The notes below the pieces were generated by a model that ran no database searches, was not told the origin of the DNA, and was given only the letters and a program-made list of their open reading frames with translations. 64,000 nt of DNA from an uncultured Chloroflexia bacterium (GTDB taxonomy: Bacteria; Chloroflexota; Limnocylindria; Limnocylindrales; CSP1-4), in contig CAVWPX010000007.1 of the NCBI GenBank assembly GCA_963757055.1, positions 5,618 through 69,617 on the forward strand, given 5' to 3'. Shown here piece after piece: positions 33,041 through 44,674 of the stretch (the stretch's first letter is position 1; each line of letters begins with the position of its first letter). The translations under genes and the position numbers were made by a program.

Positions 33041-33907
33041 ATGAACCTCCAGGCCGATGTGCCCACCCATTTCCGGAGCAGCGCCACCCGTCCGGGCGCG
33101 ATCGGCCTCCTTCGCGAGTCGGTCCACGACATCACGTCGCGGCGCCGGCTGATCGGCTATCTCGTCCAGGCCGACCTCCGCAAGAAGGGCTCCGACACCC
33201 TCCTCGGCAACGTCTGGTGGGTCCTCGACCCGCTCCTCCAGATGGCGGTCTACGTGATCGTGGTGTCCGTCATCTTCGACCGCGGCGGGCCGGACTATCC
33301 GCTCTTCGTCTTCGCCGCGATCCTCCCCTGGAAGTGGTTCTCGTCGTCGGTCACGGACGGCATCATCTCGGTCACGGGGCAGGACAAGCTGATCCGCCAG
33401 ATCCATTTCCCCAAGCTCGTGCTGCCCGTGTCGAGCGTCGTGTCGGGGATCGCCAACTTCGCCTTCGGCCTGATCCCGCTGTTCGGCCTCGCGCTGCTCT
33501 TCTACCGGGACCGCCTCACCTGGACGGTCCTGCTCATCCCGGCCATCGCGGTCGTCCAGTTCGTGTTCACGCTGGGCGTGACCATCCTGCTGGCATCGCT
33601 CAACGTCTTCTACCGCGACATCGGCAACGTCGCCCGGCACTTCCTGCGGCTGTGGTTCTACCTCTCGCCCGCGCTCTACTCCATCGAGCAGCTGCGCCAC
33701 GCCACGGAGTCGCTGCCGTTCCTCGGCCGGATCCTGCTGCTGAACCCGTGGGCCACGCTCTTCTCGGCCTATCACGACGTGATCTTCTACGGCGTCCTGC
33801 CCGACTGGAAGATGCTCCTCGAGGTCCTGCTCGGGTCGATCGTCTTCCTCGCGATCGCCACGCTGCTGTTCAAGCGCCTCGAGCCGTCCTTCGCCAAGGT
33901 CCTGTGA
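33041..33907 (+). CDS. ABC-2 polysaccharide exporter permease (Wzm/TagG-like)
   Basis: DLRKKGSDTLLGNVWWVLDPLL, YPLFVF.AILPW, YRDIG, LWFYLSP.LY, LNP. Confidence 0.92.
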   Translation: MNLQADVPTHFRSSATRPGAIGLLRESVHDITSRRRLIGYLVQADLRKKGSDTLLGNVWWVLDPLLQMAVYVIVVSVIFDRGGPDYPLFVFAAILPWKWFSSSVTDGIISVTGQDKLIRQIHFPKLVLPVSSVVSGIANFAFGLIPLFGLALLFYRDRLTWTVLLIPAIAVVQFVFTLGVTILLASLNVFYRDIGNVARHFLRLWFYLSPALYSIEQLRHATESLPFLGRILLLNPWATLFSAYHDVIFYGVLPDWKMLLEVLLGSIVFLAIATLLFKRLEPSFAKVL

Positions 33908-34773
33908 TGGTCGAGACGGAAGAACGGCTCAGCGCCGCGGTCCCCGATGCGGTCCGGCTCGGCGCGCCGGTGGCCATCGAGGTGCACGGGCTCGGCGTCC
34001 AGTACAGCCTGAAGTTCACCCGCAAGACGACGCTGCGGCATTCGTTCACGAACCTGTTCAAGCGCGAGCAGCTCGACGACTTCTGGGCGCTCCGCGACGT
34101 GGACTTCAAGCTCGTCCACGGCGAGTCCCTCGGCGTCATCGGGCCGAACGGCGCGGGCAAGAGCACGCTGCTCCAGGTGCTCGCCGGGATCATCACGCCG
34201 TCGGCGGGCTCGGTCGAGGTCGACGGCCGCATCTCCAGCCTGCTGACGCTGGGCGCGGGCTTCGACCAGGACCTGACCGGCCGCGAGAACATCCGGCTCG
34301 CCGGCGCGTTCATGGGCATCGAGGGCCCGGCGATGAGCACGCTCACCCCGAGCATCATCGAGTTCGCCGACATCGGCCCGTTCATCGACGCGCCGATCAA
34401 GACCTACTCCTCGGGCATGCGGGCCCGCCTCGGCTTCGCGATCGCCACCTCGGTCGACCCCGACATCCTGCTGCTCGACGAGGTCCTCGCGACCGGCGAC
34501 CAGGTCTTCCGGACCAAGTCCAAGGCGCGCGTGCTCGACCTCGTCCGCGGCTCGAAGGGCGTGGTCCTCGTCACCCACGACATGAACTGGGTCCTCGAGT
34601 TCTGCAACCGGGCGATCCTGCTCGAGCGCGGCCGGATCGTCGCCGAGGGCGAGCCGGCCGATGTCGTCGAGATCCACCGCGAGCACTCGCAGCAGACGCG
34701 GGCCGAGCGCGACGCCGCGCTGGCGAAGACGTCGCTGCCACCCGACGCCGCGAGGACCGGGCTCGTCGGCTGA
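33907..34773 (+). CDS. ABC polysaccharide exporter ATPase (Wzt/TagH-like, no C-terminal binding domain)
   Basis: GPNGAGKST, YSSGMRARLGF, LLLDEVL; TGATG coupling with the permease. Confidence 0.93.
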   Translation: MVETEERLSAAVPDAVRLGAPVAIEVHGLGVQYSLKFTRKTTLRHSFTNLFKREQLDDFWALRDVDFKLVHGESLGVIGPNGAGKSTLLQVLAGIITPSAGSVEVDGRISSLLTLGAGFDQDLTGRENIRLAGAFMGIEGPAMSTLTPSIIEFADIGPFIDAPIKTYSSGMRARLGFAIATSVDPDILLLDEVLATGDQVFRTKSKARVLDLVRGSKGVVLVTHDMNWVLEFCNRAILLERGRIVAEGEPADVVEIHREHSQQTRAERDAALAKTSLPPDAARTGLVG

Positions 34774-34783
34774 GGCCGGGCTC

Positions 34784-36103
34784 CTAGGACGCGGGCGCGG
34801 CGGTCGCCGCCGAGCGCAGCCGCTCGACCAGGTCGAGGTACGGCTGCACCACGATCTCCCAGGCGTACCGGTCGCGCGACGCGGCGAGGCAGCGGGCCCG
34901 CATCGCCGCGTAGTCCTCGGGTGACTGCTCGATGACCTCGCGCAGCGCGCGGGCGAGGTCGTCGGGGTCGGCCGGGTCGGCGACGGCCCCCAGCCGGTCC
35001 GCCTCGACGATCTCGCGCATGACCTCGAGATCGCGGCCGAGGACGACGGGCGTGCCCGCGGCCAGGCTCTCCCAGAACTTGTTGGGCGTCGAGAGCCGCT
35101 GGTTGAGCGAGTTGGCCGGCACCGCGATGATCGAGACGTCGGCCGAGGCGGCCCAGATCCGGACGTCGTCCGGGTGGACCGGCGGCAGCGTCACGTGCCG
35201 GCCGGCATAGCGCGGGTCCGCCTCGCGTTCCTGGAGCTCGCGGTCCCAGCCCGTCGTCACGGCGAAGCCGAGCATCACCAGCGCCGCGTCGCGCAGGCGG
35301 ATGACCGCGTCCGCGGCCTCCTCGAGCCCGCGCTGGCGGCCGAGCCGGCCGAGGAACAGCACGATCGCGCGCTCCGGCGGCAGCCCGGCCGCCTCGCGGA
35401 TGAGGTCCGGACGGACGGCCGGCGGGTCCCAGCGGGGCTGGCCGTTGAGCAGCACCGTCGGGCGCTCGCGGAACGGCCAGATCCGCTCGCAGTGGTCGGC
35501 GAGGGCGTCGTTGACGGTCACCACCGCATCGACCTGGCGCACCCAGCCGGCCTCCTTGGCCTTGTACCGGGCGAGGACCGGCCCGGGCACGTGCTGGTAG
35601 TTGTTCGAATCGAGGATCGCGTCGATGACGTCGTAGACGACGATCCCATCACGCCCGGCCCGCCGGGCGGCCTTCCCGAGCTCGATGGCGACGGGGAGCG
35701 TGAGGATGCCGAAGGCGTGATAGAGGTCGGCCGGCGGGACGCCCTTGCGGAGCGCCGCCCACCAGCCGCGGACGTGGATCGGCCAGAACCAGGCCTTGAT
35801 GCCCTTGTCGGCGCGTCGGACGAGGTTGCGCAGGACCTGGGTCGGCGGCTTCGGCGGCGGCGGCTGGTCCGACCACCGGCGGAAGACGCCCGTCGGCCGG
35901 AACCGCCGGATGCGGACCGCGCCATCGTGCTCGTCGTCCGCGACGCCAGGGCCGGCTACCGCGGCGATCTCGACCTCCCAGCCGGCCTCGACCAGGCTGC
36001 GCGCCACGCGGAGGCCGCGCGAGTACGGAGCGGCGGTGTTCGCGATGAGGAGGACGGCGCGCGGACGACGGCCTGATGCGCCGGTCGCCGACTCGGGCGC
36101 CAT
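34784..36103 (-). CDS. Glycosyltransferase family 4
   Basis: RGLRVARSL, VYDVID, VLFLGRL...RGLE, STPNKFWESLAAG.PVV. Confidence 0.88.
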   Translation of the reverse strand: MAPESATGASGRRPRAVLLIANTAAPYSRGLRVARSLVEAGWEVEIAAVAGPGVADDEHDGAVRIRRFRPTGVFRRWSDQPPPPKPPTQVLRNLVRRADKGIKAWFWPIHVRGWWAALRKGVPPADLYHAFGILTLPVAIELGKAARRAGRDGIVVYDVIDAILDSNNYQHVPGPVLARYKAKEAGWVRQVDAVVTVNDALADHCERIWPFRERPTVLLNGQPRWDPPAVRPDLIREAAGLPPERAIVLFLGRLGRQRGLEEAADAVIRLRDAALVMLGFAVTTGWDRELQEREADPRYAGRHVTLPPVHPDDVRIWAASADVSIIAVPANSLNQRLSTPNKFWESLAAGTPVVLGRDLEVMREIVEADRLGAVADPADPDDLARALREVIEQSPEDYAAMRARCLAASRDRYAWEIVVQPYLDLVERLRSAATAAPAS

Positions 36104-36108
36104 GCCGG

Positions 36109-37421
36109 TCAGGGGCGGGCCGACCAGCCGGCTCCCAGGCGCAGGACCTGCCGGGGACGGGTCTCGACGCCGTGCGAGCTGTCCACGGTGTCCACGACGA
36201 GGTCGGCGCGCGCATAGACGTCGGCCCAGTCGATGGCCCGATGGGCCGTGACCACGACCACGAGGTCCGTGCCGGTCAGCAGGTCGTCGATCCCGACGCC
36301 CTCGCGGCGGACCCCGTCCGCGTCGGTGAAGGACGTGACGTGCGGGTCGTGGAAGGCGACGTCCGCACCGCGTGCGGCGAGGCCCGCGATCACGTCGGCC
36401 GCCGGGGAGTTGCGCGCGTCCTGCACGTTCGGCTTGAAGGCCACGCCGAGGACGCCGACCCGCGCGCCCTTGAGCGCCCGGCCGCGCTCGTTGAGGGCCT
36501 CGGCCGCGAGGTCCACCACGTGGCGCGGCATGGCCAGGTTGATGTCGCCGGCCAGCTCGATGAAGCGGTCGACGAAGTCGAACTCGCGCGCCCGCCACGA
36601 GAGGTAGTACGGGTCGACCGGGATGCAGTGGCCGCCGACGCCCGGGGCCCGGCGTGAACCGCATGAAGCCGAACGGCTTGGTCGCCGCCGCGTCGATGAC
36701 CTCCCAGACGTCGAGGCCCATCCGCTCGCACAGCAGGGCGAGCTGGTTGACGAGGGCGATGTTGACGTTCCGGAACACGTTCTCGAGCAGCTTGGCCAGC
36801 TCGGCGGCATCGGGCGACGAGAGCTCGACCACGTGGTCGTTGATGCGGCGCAGCAGCGCCGCCGCGCGTGCCGTGCTCTGCAGCGTGGTCCCGCCGACCA
36901 GCCGCGGGATCGTCTTGGACGCGCTGGCCGGGTCGCCCGGGCTGACGCGCTCGGGCGCGAAGGCGAGGTCGAAATCGGGGCCGGCGAGCAGCCCGGTCGA
37001 CTCGAGCACCTCGCGGAACGCGCCGACCGTGGTCCCCGGGAAGGTCGTCGACTGGAGGACCACGAGCTGGCCCGCGTGCAGGTGCGGCGCGATCGTCTCG
37101 GCCGCGCCGATGACGGGGCGGAGGTCCGGGTCCTTGGTGGTGGTCACCGGCGTCGGGACGCACACGAAGATCGCGTCGGCGGCGTCGAGACCGGCCTCGT
37201 CCGGGACCACGGACGCTCAGGCCGTCGGCGAGCGCGGCGGCCAGCCGTTCGTCGGAGATGTCGTCGATCGGGGAGTGGCCGCGTCGCAGGTCGTCGATCC
37301 TGGCCGGGTTCGCGTCCACGCCGGTGACGTCGAGGCCGGCCTCCGCGAACGAGATGGCGAGGGGCAGGCCGACGTATCCGAGGCCGATGACGGCGACGTT
37401 GCGGTCGGGGGCGTCGGTCAC
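36109..37421 (-). CDS. UDP-N-acetylhexosamine 6-dehydrogenase (WbpA/WecC family; frameshifts near 37215 and 36650)
   Basis: VIGLGYVGLPLA, CVPTP, LQSTTFPGT, FAPER, AKLLEN.FRNVNIA, GVGGHCIPVDP, GVAFKPNV.D.RNSP. Confidence 0.9.
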
Positions 37422-37470
37422 CGGTCGATCTCCATGGTGCGATGAGGGAATCGTGCGTCTGACATGGCCG

Positions 37471-39218
37471 TCATCCTCCCACAGCATCTGCGGGTGCGTC
37501 CTGCCGATCGGCGAGCCAGCGCAGCGACCCCGGAGCGAGGTGGTCGCGGCCCGCATCGCCCAGCGCCTCGATGACCGCGGAGACGTCGTCGGCATCGGCC
37601 GCGACGATCGCCCGGCCGCTCCCCGATCCTGAGGTGGCGAGGTCGTCCCACCCGGTGCGGATGGCGGCGAGCGTGGTGGCGTGGCGCTGGGCGGCCGGCG
37701 TGGGGCCGGCCGGCCCCAGGCGGCGCCGGAGCCCGACGCGACCCGCTGGATCCCGCCGCTCGCGGCGAGCGGCCGGGGCCGGGGGCGGACCCACGACCCG
37801 GACGGCGACCGGGCCGTCCGGCAGGGCCGCGACGCGCTCGGCGGACGACGGGTGGACGGCGATCACGAGCGCGGACCGGACGGTGTCGGGGTGGCGCTCC
37901 CGGCGCGCTCGAGGCGGCCGGCGAGGGCCCCGGTCCCGCCGGACCGTCGAGCGCCGCACCGGCCTCGCGATAGAGGTCGAGGGTCCGCGCGGTGGTGACC
38001 TCGGCGCCGAAGCGGGCCTCGATGTCGTCGCGGAACCGTCGTCGGTCCAGCTCCGGCAGCCGGTCGCGAAGCCGGACGATGGCATCCGCGAGCGGCCCCG
38101 GGCCGTCGGCGGCGGCGATCTCGCCCAGCCGGCCGTCCCGCCCGACGATCCCCTCGACGCCGCCCGACGGGGTGGCCGCGACGGGCGCACCCGAGGCCAG
38201 GGCCTCCGCCGCGACCATCCCGAAGGTCTCCCAGGGACTCGGATGGACGAACAGCCCCGTCCGCCGCATCGCCGCGCCGACGGCCTCCCGGTTCGCCGCG
38301 GGCTCGAAGCGGACGGCATCGACGATGCCGAGGTCGCGCGCCATCGCGATCCAGCGAGCCTCATCGTCCCGCGTCGACGGCCCGATCATCCGGAGGTGGA
38401 GCGCCGGGCGTCGCTCGCGGGCGACGGCCACGGCGCCGAGCAGCGTCTCGATCCCCTTGTGCGGGGCGCGGGCGCCGACCCAGAGCAGCTCATCGTCGTC
38501 CCGCGGCTCGTCGGTCCACGCCGGGAAGAGGTCCATGGGCACGACGTTCGACAGGACGCCGACCGGCGATCCCTCGCCCGCGCCGCCGCCATCGAGCGCG
38601 GAGCGGATCCGGTCGGCCAGCGCCTGGCTGACCGCGACGATCGTCGCCGAGGACAGCAGGCGGCGATATGCCGCGGCCGCGTGCGGGTCCTCGAGCCGAC
38701 GCGGGATCGTCGAGTCGTGCTCGGTGACCACCAGCGGCAGCCCGCAGCTCGGCGGCCAGCGGGACCGCCGCGAGCCCGTCCGGCAGCCCCGTGTGGGCGT
38801 GGATCAGCGTCAGCGGCCGTCCCTCGGCGGTGGCGCGGCGCGCGAGCGCCCGGCCGAACGCCGCCGAGGACGCCCGCGTGGCGCGCGGCATGCTCGTCGG
38901 CCTCCGACCCGTCGACGGCACCCCAGGTCCGCACGACCGGCAGCCGGGCCACCGGGACGCCGGCCGCGCCCCAGTGCTCGCGGGAGCGTTGGTCGCCGCG
39001 GCGCCTTCCACCGCGCGCGCCCAGGCGGATTCGACGTCGGCGAGCCGCGCCGCACGGGTCGAGCTGTCGCCGCGGATCTGGACCGTCTCGAACGAGGCGA
39101 CCGTGACGTCCGCGCCGGCGGCGCGCAGGAGCGCCACGTGATCGGCGACCGAGCTGCCCCGTCCCGGCGCGTCGTGCGACGGGTAGCCGCGGGCGACCAC
39201 GAGGACCCGCAGGGTCAT
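37471..39218 (-). CDS. Glycosyltransferase family 4 with C-terminal extension (multiple frameshifts)
   Basis: MTLRVLVVARGYP, IHAH, VTEH, LLWVG....HKG, ETFGMVAAEALASG.PV. Confidence 0.75.
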
Positions 39219-40689
39219 CGAGCGTCCTCGCGACCCTGACGACGTTTGCGGCGCCGGCAGCCCGCGGTAGAGCTCGAGCAGCCGCGCCGATTCGAGCTCC
39301 CAGTTCCAGCGCAGCGTCGCGGCCCGGTGGCAGCGGCGGCGGAGGTCGTCGGCCGCCGCCGGGTCGAGGTCAAGGACGCCGGCCAGCGCACGGGCGAGCT
39401 CGGACGCCCGGGTCGGGTCGCACACGGCCCCCAGCGGTCCGTCGGGATCGTCGATCACGATCCGGCGCCGCTCCGGGAAGTCGCTGCTCACGACCGGCGT
39501 GCCGACGGCGATGCTCTCGAACAGCTTGTTCGGCGTCGAGTAGCGCTCGTTGAGCGTCCGCGGCTGGTTGGGCATCGCGGAGACGTCCGCGGATGCCACC
39601 CAGTCGAGGAGCACGCCGGGGTCGACCGCAGGGAGGACGTGGATGCGGCCGACGAAGCGCGGGTCGGCGGCGATCGCCTCGAGCGACGCCTGGAGCGGTC
39701 CGAACCCCATGTAGACCAGGTGCGCCGCCGCCATCGACGGCTCGAGCATCGCCTCCGCGAGGACCTCGAGCCCCCGATCGCGCTGGAACCCGCCGTGATA
39801 CAGGACGACCTTGGCGCCGGCCGGGATGCCCGCGGCGATGCGCAGGTGGTCGGGGCGCGGCTCGGGCAGCGACGTCTTCGGCGGCGCGTTCCGGACGATC
39901 ACGGGGTCGGGACCGCCGTACCGCCGGTGCAGCTCGCCCGCGATCGATTCGTTGACCGTGACGATGCCGGCGACCTGCGCGATCCAGCGCCGCTCGAGGG
40001 ACGCGAGGACGCGCCGGACCCACGGGGACTGGCGGGCGGTGTCCCCCGCCTCGATGAACAGCTCGTGGCTGTCGTAGATGACCGATGCCGCACCGCCCTG
40101 GCGGCGGCTGGCGCGGATCGCCGCGGGAAGGCCGGTCAGGTCGTGGCCGTGGTGGACGTCGGCGACCGGGGCGGCCGCGGCCGCGGCGGCGGCCCACCCG
40201 AGGACCGACAGGCGCCACCAGGCGAGGCGGTCGACGCCGTCCTCCTCGGCGTGCGGCGTCGGACTCGCGCGCCGGCTGACGACGTAGCGGATCCCCTGGA
40301 CGGTCGCATACGGCAGCGCGGCGATGGCCGTCAGGACGATCGAGGCGGCCTCGGTCCCGCCGATCCGGGTCGTCGGCACGGGCGCGCCGAACCTCCGAGG
40401 GGACCGTCCGGATCGCTCGCCACGGGTAGTAGCGCATGTCCCGCCAGCGTCGCCGCCAGTCGCCGGGCGACGGGCACCGGACGATGCGGATCCCGTCCCG
40501 CGTCTCCGATGCCGGCAGATCCGCCCCGCTCGGGAGCAGCGCCATGATCGTGACCGTCCAGCCGTCGTCGCGCAGGGTGGCCGCCTCGCGCAGCACGCGG
40601 ACATCGTTCGTGCAGGCGTTGCGGACATACATGACGACGCGTCGTCCGCTGCCCGGCGCGTCGGCGCGAGGGATGGCCGTCGCCGTCAC
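39215..40689 (-). CDS. Glycosyltransferase family 4 (frameshifts near 40390 and at the 3' end)
   Basis: DVRVLREAATL, HGHDL, IYDSHEL, VLYHGGF...RGLE, STPNKLFESIAVG.PVV; GTGA coupling at 40686-40689. Confidence 0.8.
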
Positions 40690-42119
40690 CACCGGCGCCC
40701 GGTGAGACGGGTGTACTCGGCGAGCAGCGTGTCCATCTGCCGCTCCCAGTTGTAGGTCTCGTCCGCCGCGCGTCGGATCCGCTCGAGCCGTGCGGCGGCC
40801 TCGTCGGGCGGCGCATCGAGGATCCGGCGGCACGCGTCGGCGATCGCCACGGGGTCGGCGGGATCGACGAGCAGCCCGGCGCCCACCTCGCGGACGATCG
40901 GGGCCATGCCCGGCAGGTCGCTCGCGACCACCGGGACGCCGGCGGCCATCGCCTCGAGGAGCTTGTTGGGCGTCGTGAGACGGTGGTTGAGCGTCGTCGG
41001 CTGGATCGGCATCGCCACGACGTCCGCGGAGGCGACCCAGTCGAGCAGCTCGGCCGGCGGGACGGCCGCCAGGACGTGCACGCGGCCGAGCGACTCGGGC
41101 TGCGCCGCCCGCTCCCGGAACTCGGCGTCGAGGCGGCCGTAGCCCAGCAGCACCAGGACCGCGTCGTCGACCAGGCGGATCGCCTCGAACAGCTGCTCGA
41201 CGCCGCGGTCGGGCGAGAAACCGCCCTGGTAGAGGACCACCCGCGTGCCTGGCGCGAGGCCGAGCCGCTCGTGGAAGCGCCGTGGTCGCGGCGACGCGGG
41301 CGTGTAGCGGTACGAGCAGTTCATCACCACGAGCGGCGACATGACGTCGAAGCGGGTCGCCATCACGTCCGCGTAGGGCTGGTTCACGGTGATGACGCGG
41401 TCGGCGCGACGGGCCCAGCGCCGCTCGGCGCGCGCGATCGTCCAGCGCATCGGTCCGCGCATCCGGGCGAGGTTCGCGGCGTCCATGTAGATGTCGCGGG
41501 CGTCGTACACCACCTTGGCCCGGACCGGCTGGCGGCCGGCCAGGTCGAGCGCCACGGGCACCCCCATGTAGGCCATGCCGTGGATGAGGTCGGCCTGTGG
41601 GGCGACGCCGCGCGCCCGCTGCGTCTGCGAGCGGATCGTCAGCAGGATCGAGCCGCGCCGCACGATGTCGCTCGCCGCACGGCGGATGAACGGCGCCGGG
41701 CGGGTCGCGGCCTCGTCGGCCGGGCCTGCGGCGACACCCGCCGCGGCGGGATCGGCACCGGCGGCGGCGTCCGCGCCGGTCGCGGCGCCCGTGGTCTGCG
41801 TCCCCGCGACCTCGGGCGGGTCGCCGCGCAGCCGCCGCACGAGCCGACGGACGTGCGCCCGGAACGGGAGCGCCTCGCCGGCCACGACCTTGACCCGGAT
41901 GATGTCGTAGCCGTTCGGATCGCGTTCCGCGGTCGGCAGGCCCTGCCGCCACCGCCCCAGCACCGTGACCGTGTGCCCGCGACGGGCCGCCGCCGAGGCG
42001 ATCCGCCACGTCCGCGAGTCGTACTCGCCGGTGGTGGGCAGCACGAGGAGGAGGCGCTGCGGGATCACCTCATCCAGGTCGCGGTCGTCCTGCTCGGTCG
42101 ATGCCGCGACCTCGGTCAT
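40686..42119 (-). CDS. Glycosyltransferase family 4
   Basis: DSRTWRIA, VVYDARDIY, VLYQGGF...RGVE, TTPNKLLEAMAAGVPVV. Confidence 0.88.
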   Translation of the reverse strand: MTEVAASTEQDDRDLDEVIPQRLLLVLPTTGEYDSRTWRIASAAARRGHTVTVLGRWRQGLPTAERDPNGYDIIRVKVVAGEALPFRAHVRRLVRRLRGDPPEVAGTQTTGAATGADAAAGADPAAAGVAAGPADEAATRPAPFIRRAASDIVRRGSILLTIRSQTQRARGVAPQADLIHGMAYMGVPVALDLAGRQPVRAKVVYDARDIYMDAANLARMRGPMRWTIARAERRWARRADRVITVNQPYADVMATRFDVMSPLVVMNCSYRYTPASPRPRRFHERLGLAPGTRVVLYQGGFSPDRGVEQLFEAIRLVDDAVLVLLGYGRLDAEFRERAAQPESLGRVHVLAAVPPAELLDWVASADVVAMPIQPTTLNHRLTTPNKLLEAMAAGVPVVASDLPGMAPIVREVGAGLLVDPADPVAIADACRRILDAPPDEAAARLERIRRAADETYNWERQMDTLLAEYTRLTGRRW

Positions 42120-43207
42120 CCCAGCGCCCCGACGATCGCGTCCACGGCGCCCGCGGGCGGGATCCGGGCGGCGGCGGCCCGGGCGCGGGCGTGCTCGGGC
42201 GCGTCGGATGCCGGGGCGAGGCGAGCCAGCTCGCGGACCGCCAGGTCGCGGTCGAGCCCGATGACCACCATCCGGCCCTCGGACGCGGCCACCGCCTCGA
42301 CCCATTCGGTCGTGCCCCGCAGGATCAGGCACGGGACCCCGAGCCAGGCGGCCTCGCGCTGGACGCCGCCCGAATCGGTCAGGACGGCCGCGGCGTGGAG
42401 CTGGAGCGCCAAGGTCGTGCGGTAGCCCTGCGGCTCGACGACCCGGACCCCGGCGGGCAGGTCGATCCCGGCGTCGGCGAGGGCGACCCGGGTTCCCGGG
42501 TGGAGCGCCAGCACGACCGGCCGCTCCGCGGTCGCGACCGCGCCGAGCAGGGCCGCCCAGGCGGTCATCGCCTCGACCGAGCGGTTCTCCGCGCGGTGGA
42601 CCGTGGCGAACAGGTAGCCGCCGGTCTCGAGCCCCGGCTCCACGCCGACCAGGGCCGCCACGTCCCGGATCTCCGGCACGGTCCGCGCCGCGAGGTCCTG
42701 CATCACGTCACCGACCTCGGTCACGCCATCGACGATGCCCTCGGCCGCCAGGTTGGCCACCGCGGTCGGCGTGGGGGCGAAGAGCCAGCGCGAGAGGTGG
42801 TCGGCGACGACGCGGTTGACCTCCTCGGGCATCCGCCGGTCGAATGAGCGCAGCCCGGCCTCGACGTGCGCGACCGGGACGGTCAGCTTGGCCGCGACCA
42901 GGGCCCCGGCAAGCGTCGAGTTCGTGTCGCCGTAGACGAGGACCGCGTCGGCCCCGGCGTCGCGCACGATGGGGTCGAGGGCGGACAGCATCCGCGCGGT
43001 CTGCTCCGCGTTGCTCCCGCCGCCGATGCCGAGGCCGTGGTCCGGCCGGGGCAGGCCGAGCTCGGCGAAGAAGGCGCCGGCCATCGCCTCGTCCCAGTGC
43101 TGTCCCGTGTCGACGAGGATCTCCTCGTGGCGGGCACGCAGGACCGGGCTGAGCGCGGCCGCCTTGATGAGCTGGGGTCGCGTCCCCACGACGCTGACGA
43201 TGCGCAT
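42116..43207 (-). CDS. Non-hydrolysing UDP-N-acetylglucosamine 2-epimerase (WecB/WbpI family)
   Basis: VVGTRPQLIK, TGQH, YGDTNSTLA, HVEAGLRS, MPEEVNR, HRAEN, TDSGGVQREA. Confidence 0.95.
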   Translation of the reverse strand: MRIVSVVGTRPQLIKAAALSPVLRARHEEILVDTGQHWDEAMAGAFFAELGLPRPDHGLGIGGGSNAEQTARMLSALDPIVRDAGADAVLVYGDTNSTLAGALVAAKLTVPVAHVEAGLRSFDRRMPEEVNRVVADHLSRWLFAPTPTAVANLAAEGIVDGVTEVGDVMQDLAARTVPEIRDVAALVGVEPGLETGGYLFATVHRAENRSVEAMTAWAALLGAVATAERPVVLALHPGTRVALADAGIDLPAGVRVVEPQGYRTTLALQLHAAAVLTDSGGVQREAAWLGVPCLILRGTTEWVEAVAASEGRMVVIGLDRDLAVRELARLAPASDAPEHARARAAAARIPPAGAVDAIVGALG

Positions 43208-43228
43208 GCCGAGAGGGTAGCCGTCCCC

Positions 43229-44674
43229 CTACGGGACGGGGACGCCGCCGGGTCGACCCGCCGTCCCGACCCCCTGGAACCCGACCGAGGCCGGGAGCCC
43301 CGCCGCGAGGCCGCCGAGGCTGTTCCGGCCGTCGTAGATCATCGCGAGGCTCGGGAACCACGCCATGTCGAGCTGGTCCCAGAGCGGGTCCGCGGTCTGG
43401 GTCACGATCGCGCGGACGTCGGGCGCGGGCTCGCCCCAGGTCCACGGCGTGGCGCCGGTCCGGGCGATCTCCTCGTCGGTGAGCAGCGGGTCATGGGCGA
43501 GGACGCGGGCACCCGCGAGCACCAGCCGCTCGATCAGCGGCATCGCGCGCGAGTAGGCGAGCTCCTTGACCCCGTGCCGGTAGGTCAGGCCAAGCACCAG
43601 CACCTCGACGCCGTCGAGGCCGCCGAGCGCGAGCTGGAGGCTGCGGATCGCCACGCCGACCTGGCCGTCGTTGACGCGCCGGCTGAGCGCGACGATCTCG
43701 AGCTCCGGTGCGCGGTCGAGCAGGAAGTGCGGGTAGACCGGGATGCAGTGGCCGCCGACGCCGATGCCGGGCTGGTGGATGTGGCTGTACGGCTGGCTGT
43801 TCGCGGCCGCGATCACCTCGGTGATGTCGACGCCGATGCGGTCCGCATAGCGGCTGAACTCGTTGGCGAGCGCGATGTTGACGTCGCGATAGGTCGTGTC
43901 GGCGAGCTTCGCGAACTCCGCGGCCTCGGCCGAGCTCATCGCCACGACCTCGGCGTCCAGCACGCTCTCGTAGAACGCGGCGGCGCGGGCCGTGCCGGCC
44001 GGGCCGAGCCCGCCGACGAGCTTCGGGTAGGTGGCCAGGTTCACGAGGGCGGCGCCGCTGTAGAGCCGCTCGGGCGAGAACGCGACCACGAAGTCGTCCG
44101 TGTCGGCGCCGGTCGAGCGGAGGCCGGTCACGGCCTCGAGCCGCGGCGCGTATCGCCCGCGGGTGTCGCCGACGGGTAGCGTGGTCTCGAAGATGACCGT
44201 CGAGCCGGCATGCACGCCGGGCGCGATGGCCTCGACCGCGGAATCCATCCAGCGGTGGTCGGGCCGCGACTCGTCGTCGAGGATGACCGGGACGATCAGC
44301 ACGACGACGTCCGCCTCGCGGGCCGCCTCGGCGCCGTCGAGCGTGGCGCGGAGCTGGCCGGCGGCATGGGCGTCGCGGACGAGGTCCGCCAGGCCCGGCT
44401 CCTCGCCGACATGCGACTTCCCGGCGTTGATCGAGTCGACGACGCGCGGGTCGATGTCGACCGCGATCACCGACCAGCCGTGCGAGGCGAACTGCCCCGC
44501 GAGCGGCAGGCCCATCTTGCCGGCGCCGACGACGGCCACGGTCCCGGCGGTGCCGGGCTCGCCGACCCATGGCGAGACGTGGCGTGCCGCGCCGTGACGG
44601 CAGGGGTTGGGCGGCAGCGAGATCGAGCCGCCGGCGAGGCTGTTCGTGATGCTCGGGCGCGTGCTCGGGCTCAT
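43229..44674 (-). CDS. Second nucleotide-sugar dehydrogenase (WbpA/WbpO-like)
   Basis: VGAGKMGLPLA, ETTLPVG, FSPERL, AKLADTTYRDVNIALANE, GVGGHCIPVYP. Confidence 0.92.
   Translation of the reverse strand: MSPSTRPSITNSLAGGSISLPPNPCRHGAARHVSPWVGEPGTAGTVAVVGAGKMGLPLAGQFASHGWSVIAVDIDPRVVDSINAGKSHVGEEPGLADLVRDAHAAGQLRATLDGAEAAREADVVVLIVPVILDDESRPDHRWMDSAVEAIAPGVHAGSTVIFETTLPVGDTRGRYAPRLEAVTGLRSTGADTDDFVVAFSPERLYSGAALVNLATYPKLVGGLGPAGTARAAAFYESVLDAEVVAMSSAEAAEFAKLADTTYRDVNIALANEFSRYADRIGVDITEVIAAANSQPYSHIHQPGIGVGGHCIPVYPHFLLDRAPELEIVALSRRVNDGQVGVAIRSLQLALGGLDGVEVLVLGLTYRHGVKELAYSRAMPLIERLVLAGARVLAHDPLLTDEEIARTGATPWTWGEPAPDVRAIVTQTADPLWDQLDMAWFPSLAMIYDGRNSLGGLAAGLPASVGFQGVGTAGRPGGVPVP

Noticed and set aside
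39200-39260. Apparent in-frame fusion of two GT4 genes (ORF 38490..40628)
   Set aside because: An out-of-frame TGA overlaps the downstream ATG (ATGA at 39215-39218), matching the coupling used by neighbouring genes; one indel explains it.
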